Assembly: GCA_044352465.1 (NCBI GenBank)
Contig: JBILDU010000017.1
Span: 1 to 37,275, forward strand
Direction of reading: 5' to 3'
Origin: Bdellovibrionota bacterium
GTDB lineage: Bacteria; Bdellovibrionota_C; UBA2361
DNA: 37,275 bases
The notes beneath the pieces were generated by a model, which saw only the letters and a list, made by a program, of their open reading frames with translations, had not been told where the DNA came from and did not search any database. Shown here one piece after another: positions 1 to 9,055 of this stretch. Each line of letters begins with the position of its first letter. Position 1 is the stretch's first letter. A program made the position numbers and the translations under genes.

Positions 1-1775
1 TCGTCCGGGGTGAGCACCGCACGTTGCTGGACCTGCTCCTGAGTCCCGTCGTTTCGGCTTGCGAAGAACTCGATTATTTTTTTGTTCGAGCCTTTTGAAG
101 CGGTCTTAAACCGAATAGTCATCTGCCCAGTTTCTTTCGAGGCCCACTCCGCATCTTGAATGTCCAGCGGGGGCATTAAGATCTTCGTGCTGAAACCAGC
201 CAGCACCGAGTCCGCGTCGTCACCGTAGTTGGCTTTTACCTGAGCGATCGACTGAATAGCCGCGACGATACTGACGTTTCGTGAACGCAGGGTGTTGAGC
301 TTCACATGGATGTCGGGGAGGCGACCGAGGGAGCTTGCGAACTCGTCGATCACGAGCCCCACCGGTCGGGGGAGTGATACTCCGGGGCACTGCTCAGCTC
401 GTTTCGTTAAGAATCGCAGGATCTCCACGATGATAACGTTCGCCATCGGCCGAAGCATCTCGATCTCGGATTCGCGCAGCTCGATGATAAAGAGGGTCGG
501 CTCGGCGATGAGGCTCTCAAGATCGAGTTCGTTGGAGGCGGTGGTCGCACGAATCGCCGTGAGATCCCATGCGCTCAGTCGCATACCGAGCTCGGACATG
601 ATCGTATCAGCGTTCTGTGAGCCGGAGCGGGCGAGCTCAACGAAGGTGCGTGCTGTTCGGAGTGCATGGGGGTGGGCCTCGATCCAGTCGCACAGATTCT
701 TCATACCCGATTGCACGAGCTCGTGAATACGGGGCATCGAGAGCTTTTCTTTCGGGTCGTTGAGCAACCCAACCATGATGGCGTTGAGAATGGAAAGCGC
801 GTTGTTACGAAAAAACGGACTGTCCGACTTCGCTTGGGGCTGGTCAGTCGCCATGATAATCGTGTTGGCGATTAATTTAGCATCGGTATCGTCCTCGATC
901 TTCGACAGGATGTTCCAACTGAGGCTCCGCGCGGTGTCGAGCGGATTGAACAACATGATCTTCTTCTTCGGATTGTATTTCGCCGTCATGGCCGCGAGCT
1001 TTCGCCACATCTCCGGCTTTGAGTCTAAGATTATCGTCGAGCGATGGGGGCACAGACAGTCGCTGTACAAGATCGGTAAGATCATGCGCGAGGTCTTACC
1101 ACCACCGGTTTTGGCGATCGTGAGGATATGCCGATTACGGTCGTTTGAGGGAATGATGAGTTGCCCCTGTTTGACCGCGACTCCTTGGTTGCCGCGGAGC
1201 TCTGTCACATTTAAAACGGTCTCGTTTTTGCCTTTTGACTGGGTCCAAGCGACGATCTGTTCGTTACTTGCAAGGTCGCCAGAGCCAAGCTCGTTGGTTT
1301 TCGATCGCACCGGTCGAGCGACGCCGCTGCGCCGCAAAAAGCTCAACGGGTTCGGGATCGATACCCCTCCCGACTCAGTTGAACGCAGGAGGTTGAAGAC
1401 AACGAACCCAAGATAGACGACGATCGAAACGAAGAGCCCCTCTTCCCACACCGAACGAAACTCGGCTGGCGCGACGAAGAAAGAGAAGAGCGGTTCAACC
1501 AGTGGAAGCGGGGTCATGCTTTTACTCGGTTCATCAAAGCTTCGTGAGGCCGAGATAATGCTCTCGATGGTCGACTCACGTTGAAAGTAGTGGAGAAAGG
1601 CACCGTAAAAGCCTGCCACACCGAGGATACCGGGGCTAACCATTTCACCCCGCTGAAGATACTGATAGCCAAGCAGTGCTGCTGACAAGAGGGCCAGGGC
1701 AACGCCGGCACCGGTCGGAAGGGAGTAAAATCCGAATAGAATTTCAAGAAAGAGCCTCTCGATTCCTTGCAGCAT
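1..1775 (-). CDS. virD4: VirD4/TraG-family type IV secretion coupling ATPase (3' end beyond the window)
   Basis: Manual translation from ATG at 1775 (GGAGG RBS at 1788-1784) is open to position 1, about 591 codons. It has N-terminal hydrophobic segments, RHILTIAKTGGGKT Walker A (1115-1092), IILDSKPEM, LFNPLD..SLSWN, GLVIDEF Walker B (356-339), RSRNVSIVAAIQSIAQVKANYG and RAVLTPD, all T4CP hallmarks. It is absent from the ORF track because there is no stop in the window. Confidence 0.9.
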   Translation of the reverse strand, partial: MLQGIERLFLEILFGFYSLPTGAGVALALLSAALLGYQYLQRGEMVSPGILGVAGFYGAFLHYFQRESTIESIISASRSFDEPSKSMTPLPLVEPLFSFFVAPAEFRSVWEEGLFVSIVVYLGFVVFNLLRSTESGGVSIPNPLSFLRRSGVARPVRSKTNELGSGDLASNEQIVAWTQSKGKNETVLNVTELRGNQGVAVKQGQLIIPSNDRNRHILTIAKTGGGKTSRMILPILYSDCLCPHRSTIILDSKPEMWRKLAAMTAKYNPKKKIMLFNPLDTARSLSWNILSKIEDDTDAKLIANTIIMATDQPQAKSDSPFFRNNALSILNAIMVGLLNDPKEKLSMPRIHELVQSGMKNLCDWIEAHPHALRTARTFVELARSGSQNADTIMSELGMRLSAWDLTAIRATTASNELDLESLIAEPTLFIIELRESEIEMLRPMANVIIVEILRFLTKRAEQCPGVSLPRPVGLVIDEFASSLGRLPDIHVKLNTLRSRNVSIVAAIQSIAQVKANYGDDADSVLAGFSTKILMPPLDIQDAEWASKETGQMTIRFKTASKGSNKKIIEFFASRNDGTQEQVQQRAVLTPD

Positions 1776-2008
1776 GCCTGTAACCTCCGAGGTGCCTCCG
1801 CATGGACGTATAACGCCTCATTTCGATGGCCTTGCCTCGATGTCCTCGCAACGTCGATGCCTCGATCGTAGCACGTTTTCGTCGCAGTTAGACTTTCCCA
1901 TGTTATGGAGGAAGTTGGTGGGGGTGTCGCATAAAAGAGGGGCGTTTGAACACTTTGGAGGCGCCACAAATCCATTTATTTGGAGGGGTTAGCTGTTTAA
2001 TGCCCGGC

Positions 2009-3970
2009 CTAAGCCGCGCACTTGCCGCGCAAGAACGTCTCGACCGCTGCCTTCAGAGCCGCCGGCTCGATCGGTTTGCGGACGATTCCGAGCGCACCCG
2101 CTTCGAGCAGTGCCTCGGTGACATGGGGGGGCGCTCCGCTAAAACCCACGATTTTCAGATGGGGTGCGCGACGTAAGATCCGCCGCAACACGCTTGCCCC
2201 GCTCGTGCCGGGCATCACGCCATCGAGCAGAACGAGTCGGAGGGTTGCCGCATGCTCCCGCACAGCGCGAACGGCGCTGGCGCCATCGACTGCCGTCAGA
2301 GTTTGAAATCCGTGCTCGCGGAGTATCGCCGCCATCGTCTCGAGCACCATACGATCGTCATCCACGAGGAGGACCTCAGGGGCAGACAGCTCGGCCGCGG
2401 GTGGGGGGGCTCCAGTCGGGGAATCCGAAAGTTGGGCCGAGCTCGGGAGGTCGATAGCGAGAAGATATCCGCCATCCTTCTCTTTGCCGAAGATTATCGC
2501 GCCATTAAATCGGGCTACGGCCCGTTGCAGCTCTGCCGCGTCAGTCGGGGAGATTTCAGCCGGAAGCTCGCTGCCGCCGGTCTCGCGCACCGCCAGCCGA
2601 ACGAAAACGTTCCCGTCCTGTCCCGCGACTGGGCAGTCACTGGTCGTTATTGACCAGCTACCGTTTCGTGAACTGCGCGCCCACATCGCTCGTAGCGCGT
2701 GTTCAACGACATCGACAAGGGGCTCGTGGCGACCGAGAGCGGTGGTGTTGCTGCCGAAGGCGACCGATATCTTTAATCCCGAGGAGAAAAGATCTTTGAC
2801 GCGGTTGGTGGCAGCGAGGGTGACGAGGTTGAGGTCCACCGGCACTGCGGTTACGTCGGAACCATCGTCGGAGGCGCATAGCTGTCGGGTGAGATCGCCG
2901 GCACGGCCGGCAACCTCGGTAATCGCGGCAGCGATCCGCGTGACTGCAGCAGGATCGTCGGCATATTCGCCCAACATCGACGCGTGGCCGATGATTCGCT
3001 GCAGTGCGTTGTTACAATGATGCGCGAGTCCGAGCGCCACGGTATGGAGCCCTGCTATTTTTTGGAGCTCCGCCACTCGTGCTTCGAGTGTCATTTGGGT
3101 CGTCACATCGGAGATGCGTCCCAGAATTCCCGCCGGAACGCCGTGCTCAAGAATCGGGACAAATTCGATCGCTGCGACCGAGGTTACGGCTCCGATACGC
3201 ATCTCATGGCGGAAGATCTCTCCGCGAAGGAGCGCTTCGAGCGCCCGCTGGAGCTCCCGCCGAACGTCGTCGTGAGAGAACGCCTCAAGGAAAGGGGTGC
3301 CGGACGTGAATCGCTCCAGATGAAAGTTCGGATCCCCAAAATCGGTCGAGCGGTTGTCGCTGCACGCACGATGAAGATGCCCCAGTCGGAGATCGCGGTC
3401 GAGGGTGAAGACCGTGAAGGGCAGCGTCGCGACAATGCTGGCAGGTGAATCCAGCCGATTCGTGAGTCCGACCGACTCGGAGAGTTCGGTAGAGAGGTCG
3501 ATAACGAACCCCTCGAAGAGCGATTCTCCCTCTCGACTTCGCAGTCCGCCCCGACAATGAAGCCATCGCACCTGATTTGTATCGGGGCGAATCCACCGAT
3601 AGGTGGCTCGGTAACTGCCGTGTCCGTTGAGCGCACGCTCGAGATCGGCGAAGAGGCTGAAGCGATCATCGGGATGGACGTGACGCAAGAAAAGGTTGCC
3701 ATCGCGGGTAATGGCGACGTCATGGACCCCGAGAACAGTCGCGGCGTTCGGACTCCAGGAGAGGAGCGATTGAGCGCGGGGAGAGTAAACAAAGACGAAC
3801 ATCTGCCCGTCTGAGGTCAGTCCGTCGATGATATGGTGGTCGGAGAGAAGAGGAGCAAGGGGCGGGAGCGCACGTTTTGGGGATAGCGGTTGGGATAGCG
3901 GCGAGGGGTCGTGAGTTTCGTCCCCCCTTTGAGGCCTCGAGTTGTTCGAGTTTTCACCCCACGAACTCAA
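2009..3970 (-). CDS. PAS-domain hybrid sensor kinase/response regulator (CckA-like architecture) with degenerate HATPase domain
   Basis: PAS_3/PAC segment (HVHPDDR...YRWIRPD...RWLHCRG), a second PAS-like region, H-box GLAHHCNNALQRIIG, and a C-terminal receiver (VLLVDDD...LVLLDGVMPG...GFSG...IVRKP). Start codon uncertain. Confidence 0.85.
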   Translation of the reverse strand: MSSWGENSNNSRPQRGDETHDPSPLSQPLSPKRALPPLAPLLSDHHIIDGLTSDGQMFVFVYSPRAQSLLSWSPNAATVLGVHDVAITRDGNLFLRHVHPDDRFSLFADLERALNGHGSYRATYRWIRPDTNQVRWLHCRGGLRSREGESLFEGFVIDLSTELSESVGLTNRLDSPASIVATLPFTVFTLDRDLRLGHLHRACSDNRSTDFGDPNFHLERFTSGTPFLEAFSHDDVRRELQRALEALLRGEIFRHEMRIGAVTSVAAIEFVPILEHGVPAGILGRISDVTTQMTLEARVAELQKIAGLHTVALGLAHHCNNALQRIIGHASMLGEYADDPAAVTRIAAAITEVAGRAGDLTRQLCASDDGSDVTAVPVDLNLVTLAATNRVKDLFSSGLKISVAFGSNTTALGRHEPLVDVVEHALRAMWARSSRNGSWSITTSDCPVAGQDGNVFVRLAVRETGGSELPAEISPTDAAELQRAVARFNGAIIFGKEKDGGYLLAIDLPSSAQLSDSPTGAPPPAAELSAPEVLLVDDDRMVLETMAAILREHGFQTLTAVDGASAVRAVREHAATLRLVLLDGVMPGTSGASVLRRILRRAPHLKIVGFSGAPPHVTEALLEAGALGIVRKPIEPAALKAAVETFLRGKCAA

Positions 3971-4088
3971 TTGCGGTGGCTCCCGAATCTACACATGAGC
4001 TTCCGTCTGAGGGGCGCGGTATCTCCCCGCGCAACCATGTCCAGACGGTCTCACCATAGCTCGAAAACCACCCCGGCGGTATCCTTTT

Positions 4089-5228
4089 TTAGGGCTGCGG
4101 AGCGTGCTCAAGAACCTCCCGGAAAAGAGCCTCGTACCGGTCCGTGATAACGTCCCATCGGTAGAGTGTCTCGGCTCGGGCGCGGGCATCGTGCCGATGT
4201 CGCTCGAGACTTGCCGGATTCCCGACAAGCTCGGCCAGGAGCTCCCCAAGACGGTTGAAATCGTTCACCGGATAGAACTCACCGGCATCTCCCAAGACCT
4301 CCCGGTTCTCCGGCGTTCCATTGGCGACGACGCAATTCCCATGCGCCATCGACTCAACGAGAGCGGGATGAGTGCCACCGACCTCGGTGGCTTGGATGTA
4401 AAGGAGACAGTTACTCTGGAGCTCGTGATAGGCGTCCCCGAACTGGTATCCGGTAAAAATAACATTTGGTCCAGCCGCGCTTTTGACGGCGGCGATGTAT
4501 TCGCTGGCATACGGAGCGTCGCCCACGATAACGAGGGGCACCGCAAGATTTTGGGCTGAGTACGCCTGGACGACACCCAGGGCGTTATTCTCCGGCTCAA
4601 GCCGACTTACATACAGGATATATTGGCGTGGTCGTAAGTTAAATTTGGCGAGGGTCTCGCCTGGAGGCAAGGCGCGGGGAGCCGCACCGTAGGCGATGAC
4701 ACTTGATTCGGTGTTGAATCGCTCCCGATAGTAGTCGGCGATAACATGCGCATCCGACACAATCCGATCCGCAAATAACACCGAGCACCATTCTCCAAGG
4801 AGGTACCACATCCGGCCGAAGACGTTCCATTTACTACGGCGACGCTCAATACCATCGACGTTGATGACGAGGGGGAGCCCGCGGATTTTAACGAGGAAAG
4901 CAAAAGGGCTATTTGCGGCGTTGCACAGCAGCACGATATCGAATGCCCGACCGAACAGATTGAGAAAACTTGTGGCGGCGTGAAGGGGCGTTTCGGCGTA
5001 TTTATGCATCACCGTAGGTGTTGTGACGATGGTGACACCCCGGTAGGTCATTTCCTCAACCGTCGCACCGAAGCGCCGTCGGGCGTAGACGGTCACCGCA
5101 TGCCCCCGCTCGACGAGCCGGGTTGAAAGCTCCTCAGCAAACGTCTCAAATCCTCCGTATCGAGCCGGAATACCCCGGGTCCCCATGAGGGCTATGCGGA
5201 GAGGCTTTGATGACGAGGGAAGTGCCAT
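4089..5228 (-). CDS. DUF1972-containing GT4 glycosyltransferase
   Basis: IALMGTRGIPARYGGFETFAEEL, NVDGIE.RR.KW, VSRLEPENN, EVGGTHPALVESM. Confidence 0.9.
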   Translation of the reverse strand: MALPSSSKPLRIALMGTRGIPARYGGFETFAEELSTRLVERGHAVTVYARRRFGATVEEMTYRGVTIVTTPTVMHKYAETPLHAATSFLNLFGRAFDIVLLCNAANSPFAFLVKIRGLPLVINVDGIERRRSKWNVFGRMWYLLGEWCSVLFADRIVSDAHVIADYYRERFNTESSVIAYGAAPRALPPGETLAKFNLRPRQYILYVSRLEPENNALGVVQAYSAQNLAVPLVIVGDAPYASEYIAAVKSAAGPNVIFTGYQFGDAYHELQSNCLLYIQATEVGGTHPALVESMAHGNCVVANGTPENREVLGDAGEFYPVNDFNRLGELLAELVGNPASLERHRHDARARAETLYRWDVITDRYEALFREVLEHAPQP

Positions 5229-5509
5229 ATGGCGGGCGATATCTTAACTCAGATCAGTTTACGAAGGATGAAAAAGCGCGGCGAGCGAATAGTCCGAGTC
5301 CGTCTTCCACCTACATTTTCTTCAAACTCTCAGGCGGCGTTCTGCCCACTACCCCAGTGACATTAGGGCCTTAGCCTGGGCGCCGCTGTGCCCAACGTTC
5401 ATACCGCCGGCGCTCCATTCGTACCAGAGCTGCCCCGGAGGAGCAACGCGTTATACCGATTACCTCCCTACCTCTGAGCCCAGTGTGGGGATGAATAGCC
5501 TCCCGAAGT

Positions 5510-6025
5510 GTGGCAAACTTACAGCGCATGATATTCGATAACCGGGATAGCGATGGCGTTTCGGGGGGCTACTCACCCCTGGGTGGTCCTTTGGGCGATC
5601 CCGATGGGCTCCTCGACTTAAACGCCTTTCAACCGGGGCCGCCGCTCGGGCCGCAGGAACTGATCTCGCGCGCCCGTACCCAAGGGGTGTTGCCCCAAAA
5701 TATCGGTGCCGAAATCGAGGGCAATCCGGTTATCGAGCGTGCCGCGGTCTTATACCTCTCGCGCTACGACGATGTGGTACCTGTCACTGAATTCGAGGAT
5801 CGTTTTACCGCGGTGGTCATTGAAGCTGCCCGGCTGTTCCGTGCCGACGAACGAGAATTGCTTGATTCTGCCGATACCAAGGTGCGCGATGTGGTGAACC
5901 GCACTCTCGACCTCCTCGATGGAGGGGTCCTCCGTCCTGCGGAAGCGGAAGAGGCTATCACGTGGCCCGACCACCTACCGAAGATCGAGCAGATCGCCTA
6001 CGCACGACTTCTCGAGGGATTGTGA
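5510..6025 (+). CDS. Hypothetical acidic protein (start could be ATG 5528)
   Basis: The 171-aa ORF fills the intergenic gap and has a natural-looking composition. No recognised motif. Confidence 0.6.
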   Translation: MANLQRMIFDNRDSDGVSGGYSPLGGPLGDPDGLLDLNAFQPGPPLGPQELISRARTQGVLPQNIGAEIEGNPVIERAAVLYLSRYDDVVPVTEFEDRFTAVVIEAARLFRADERELLDSADTKVRDVVNRTLDLLDGGVLRPAEAEEAITWPDHLPKIEQIAYARLLEGL

Positions 6026-6231
6026 GCTCCCTCAGCCGAACGGTCGTTTCCTGGCAACTTTTGTCTTCTGCCGGGTGAGTTCCCTCACTTGCCGGAGCTC
6101 TCTCGGGCTAACGAGCGGCATGAAAAAACTGAGGGTGCTTGCCTCCATGGGCGATACTCAGATGGGCCATTCAGCTTAATACTCCGTCCAGAAAGTTTTT
6201 TCATCGGAGAACCAGCCCAGGGGTGGGAGCA

Positions 6232-7977
6232 CTAGCGCCCGCGGTGCTCGCGCCAATAACCCTCGACATAGCTTACCGCGGCTTTGAGCGCTGGCTCTGA
6301 GATATCGTTTATCCGATTGAGCGAGAGGCCTCTCATTCCGCTGTCATTAAGTACGGCGCCCCGCCGAATCAACTCAGCGAGGCACTCCGCAATCACACCC
6401 CGTTGGACTTCGACTTTCGGTTCAACAAAATTTAAGACTCGTTGCCGATTAATGGTGTGGTTGCCCGCAAAGAGCGAATCGTGATGGTGAAACCCGTGTT
6501 TCAGTACGGCGAGAGCAAGAGCACCGTCGAGTCCCGTCTTCTCGAGGTCACCGATTATCTGCACTTCGCGCTGTTCGATGGTCGCGCTCTGCTGTAGAGC
6601 TGGAGCTCCGTTCGTCTTTTCGTTCCGCTCCGCTAAGATATCGGGAAGTAGCTTCGCGGGGGGGGCGATGTTCGAGAGTTTAATCGCGGAACGAAGTTGT
6701 TCGAGATATTGAGGGAATGCCCTACTATCGAGGGTTAAAATGCGGTGTTCGAGCTTCAGGAGGGTGGGCGCCAATTCTTCGTCCACGTGACTACGACAAG
6801 CCCGGGTTAACTGATTAAAACGGTCCAGTGCGACCTTCGGCCCGACCTGTCGAGAGATTTCGTCAAGCGTTGCGTCAAATCTCTCCCCGCGACTTTCGAG
6901 GAGAAAGCCGAGCTTCGCGACTAAGTTGGTCCGCAAGGCTATCTCAGGGGTCGCGGCGATAGTCTCATGGAGCGGCTCCCGCTCGGTGTTGCTGATGCGG
7001 AGCCTTGCCATATCATCAAGCCGCTTCAGTTCACGGACAACGTGAGGATTCTCGGGGGTCATAGCGCGAGCGCTCATCGTCTCAATCAATGCCGGAATAG
7101 CTGCATCTCGCATGTCGGCCAAGATCGTGCGCAGCCCCTCCTCCTGAAAAGCCAAGAAGAGCGCGCTGGTATGGGTCACGTTGCCCTGCCGGTCCTTGAC
7201 GATGCTCGGAATCAAGACATCGAGTTCGGGTTTGGCCAACGACTCCAGCGCGTCAGTGATATCGCTGGCCCCGGTCGCTTCGAGCTGGTCGGATTTAAAA
7301 TGCCGTAGAACCGCCTTCTCCATCCCCGCCAAGGCGGAGTGAAAAAGTCGGAGCTTCTCAACGGTTCGATCGACGATACGGCTCTCACCCTCGCGGAGGT
7401 AGTTGACCCGGGCATTGAATGTATCGAGCACCCGATCTATCCCCGCATGCCACTCGTCGACATCCGTAATTGAGCTCGGGTCGTCTTTGACGACGATGAA
7501 GCCGACATCATCTTTGCCGCTCGTCGTCTTTCGTAGCACCATCGCGAGTGAGCAATCGGCTTGGCGGAGAAAGTCGATCGTCTCTCGATACGGTCCGAGT
7601 TGGGAGACTTCCTTGAGTGAATCGAGCAGCTGCTTCCCCGCATTGTTGACCGGCGTGAGTTCGCCGCGGATGGTGAGGACATCCTTGAGTGCACGGGTGT
7701 AACCGGTCGCGACGGCCAGAATGCGCAGTTCGTCGGGTGTCGGTACGGGAGCCTCCGTGGGGCGACGCTCCTGTAGCGCGCAGCGGCTGATTATTTCATC
7801 GGCGCTAGCGAGTATTGCATTGTGGGGACGTTCAGCCGACATACCCGGCTGAGCCTCGCGGTAAAGTCGGGCGAACTCGACTCCGATCTCCCGAGCGGCT
7901 TGACTCGAGAGACCCTCGGTTGAAGAGCCGACGGTCGGCTCACGATCTTTTTTAATACCGGTAGAGATTTCGCTCAT
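6232..7977 (-). CDS. Hypothetical alpha-helical protein, possible C-terminal winged-helix
   Basis: 581-aa ORF with ATG start, GGAG upstream and a helical, charged composition. No family recognised. Confidence 0.8.
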   Translation of the reverse strand: MSEISTGIKKDREPTVGSSTEGLSSQAAREIGVEFARLYREAQPGMSAERPHNAILASADEIISRCALQERRPTEAPVPTPDELRILAVATGYTRALKDVLTIRGELTPVNNAGKQLLDSLKEVSQLGPYRETIDFLRQADCSLAMVLRKTTSGKDDVGFIVVKDDPSSITDVDEWHAGIDRVLDTFNARVNYLREGESRIVDRTVEKLRLFHSALAGMEKAVLRHFKSDQLEATGASDITDALESLAKPELDVLIPSIVKDRQGNVTHTSALFLAFQEEGLRTILADMRDAAIPALIETMSARAMTPENPHVVRELKRLDDMARLRISNTEREPLHETIAATPEIALRTNLVAKLGFLLESRGERFDATLDEISRQVGPKVALDRFNQLTRACRSHVDEELAPTLLKLEHRILTLDSRAFPQYLEQLRSAIKLSNIAPPAKLLPDILAERNEKTNGAPALQQSATIEQREVQIIGDLEKTGLDGALALAVLKHGFHHHDSLFAGNHTINRQRVLNFVEPKVEVQRGVIAECLAELIRRGAVLNDSGMRGLSLNRINDISEPALKAAVSYVEGYWREHRGR

Positions 7978-8162
7978 GAGGGTGCTCCGCGAACGGCCGT
8001 CGACGGCTCACGCCTTAGCGGCGGAGGCGTCGAGAGCTCTGATTCTATCCGTTGATATGGCGGCGGCAGCAGCCCGCGTAGCTTTCGGCTTGCCTGGAAA
8101 ATAGTGCGCTTATCTAGTTGATATCGTGGGGGGGCCGGAGAGCTTTATGGCGCGGGGCGTAC

Positions 8163-8825
8163 TCAGTCTCTCTTGAGCAGCGCACTGACCTCGTGAAGTG
8201 TTCGACAAACAGGGTGGGGAGTCGTGGCGAGTCGGGCATGATCTTGGTGGCCGTGGCTCACAAGAATTACCGGGCATCCGAGCGCTCCACCGATCTCGGC
8301 GTCGTGATGGGTATCACCGACGATGAGGGCTTCGGCGGGGTCGATAGCTAGTTCGTGGAGAAGTCTTCGGGCGGTCTGCAGTTTCGATGTGCCGTCGTTT
8401 GTGGGATTGCCGAAGATTCCGCGGAAATGGGTCTCGATCTTGTAATGGGCCACGGTTTCCCTCAAGAGATCCTCCGGATAGGCGGAGAGGATAGCCTGCT
8501 TAAATCCCCGGGTCGTGAGTTCACCGAGCACCCCATGAGCGCCCTCGTGGAGGTCGCACTCAATCTTGCGCGCCTCGTACCGCTCCCCCCAGGCGGAGTG
8601 AATGACCGCATGGTCGAGTCGCTCCGGAGGAAACCCGAGGTGGTGGTAGTAGTCGGCTACCGGGAAGAGGAAATTCCGGCGGTGGTAGTGAATGTCGATC
8701 GAAGGGCCCCCGTGCGGGACGAGTACCTCATTGGTGACCTCGACGGTCAGCTCAACATCGTTCAGTAAGGTGCCGTTCCAGTCCCATAAGATATGCTTGA
8801 TACTCGAAGTGCTGAAAGTATTCAT
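8163..8825 (-). CDS. HAD-superfamily hydrolase (phosphoglycolate phosphatase-like)
   Basis: ILWDWNGTLLND motif I, ILSA motif II, K motif III, IVGDTHHDAE motif IV. ATG 8825 preferred over the ORF-track start 8882. Confidence 0.88.
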   Translation of the reverse strand: MNTFSTSSIKHILWDWNGTLLNDVELTVEVTNEVLVPHGGPSIDIHYHRRNFLFPVADYYHHLGFPPERLDHAVIHSAWGERYEARKIECDLHEGAHGVLGELTTRGFKQAILSAYPEDLLRETVAHYKIETHFRGIFGNPTNDGTSKLQTARRLLHELAIDPAEALIVGDTHHDAEIGGALGCPVILVSHGHQDHARLATTPHPVCRTLHEVSALLKRD

Positions 8826-9022
8826 GGAAATGACCCTAAAGAAATCCTCCTTATCCTGAGTGCGCGTGCCGCATCGCCTCATACTCGCGTTGCCGGCCTG
8901 GTGTCGCGCTGAGCGCTCCCGCCGAGCCCGTGGTTCCCCGTCACCTCTCTCGAGTGCCGGGGCTGCGCCCCCAGAGGGCCGTCCGAGTGCGACTTCGAGA
9001 GACAGCGCTCGATTTCATCTGT

Positions 9023-9054
9023 CTGCATCACCCAACTGAGTATGGGCGATGCAG
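9023..9054 (-). terminator. Stem-loop directly after the permease stop codon
   Basis: Minus strand CTGCATCGCCCA-N8-TGGGTGATGCAG: a 12-bp stem with one G.U pair. There is no U-tract, so terminator function is uncertain. Confidence 0.4.
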
Positions 9055-9055
9055 G

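Noticed and set aside
292..1416. + strand ORFs 292..726, 666..875 and 760..1416
   Set aside because: Antisense shadows of the VirD4-like gene, which has clear motifs on the minus strand
1830..1870. Short GCCTCGAT repeats upstream of the T4CP as a possible oriT or iteron
   Set aside because: Too short and irregular, with no recognisable nic site or relaxase nearby
1514..1975. 153-aa minus-strand ORF
   Set aside because: Overlaps the in-frame N-terminus of the T4CP, which has a GGAGG RBS and TM helices, and has no protein-like features
8770..8790. HAD motif I reading DWN rather than DxD as a sign of inactivity
   Set aside because: WDWNGTL is a common natural variant in this HAD subfamily
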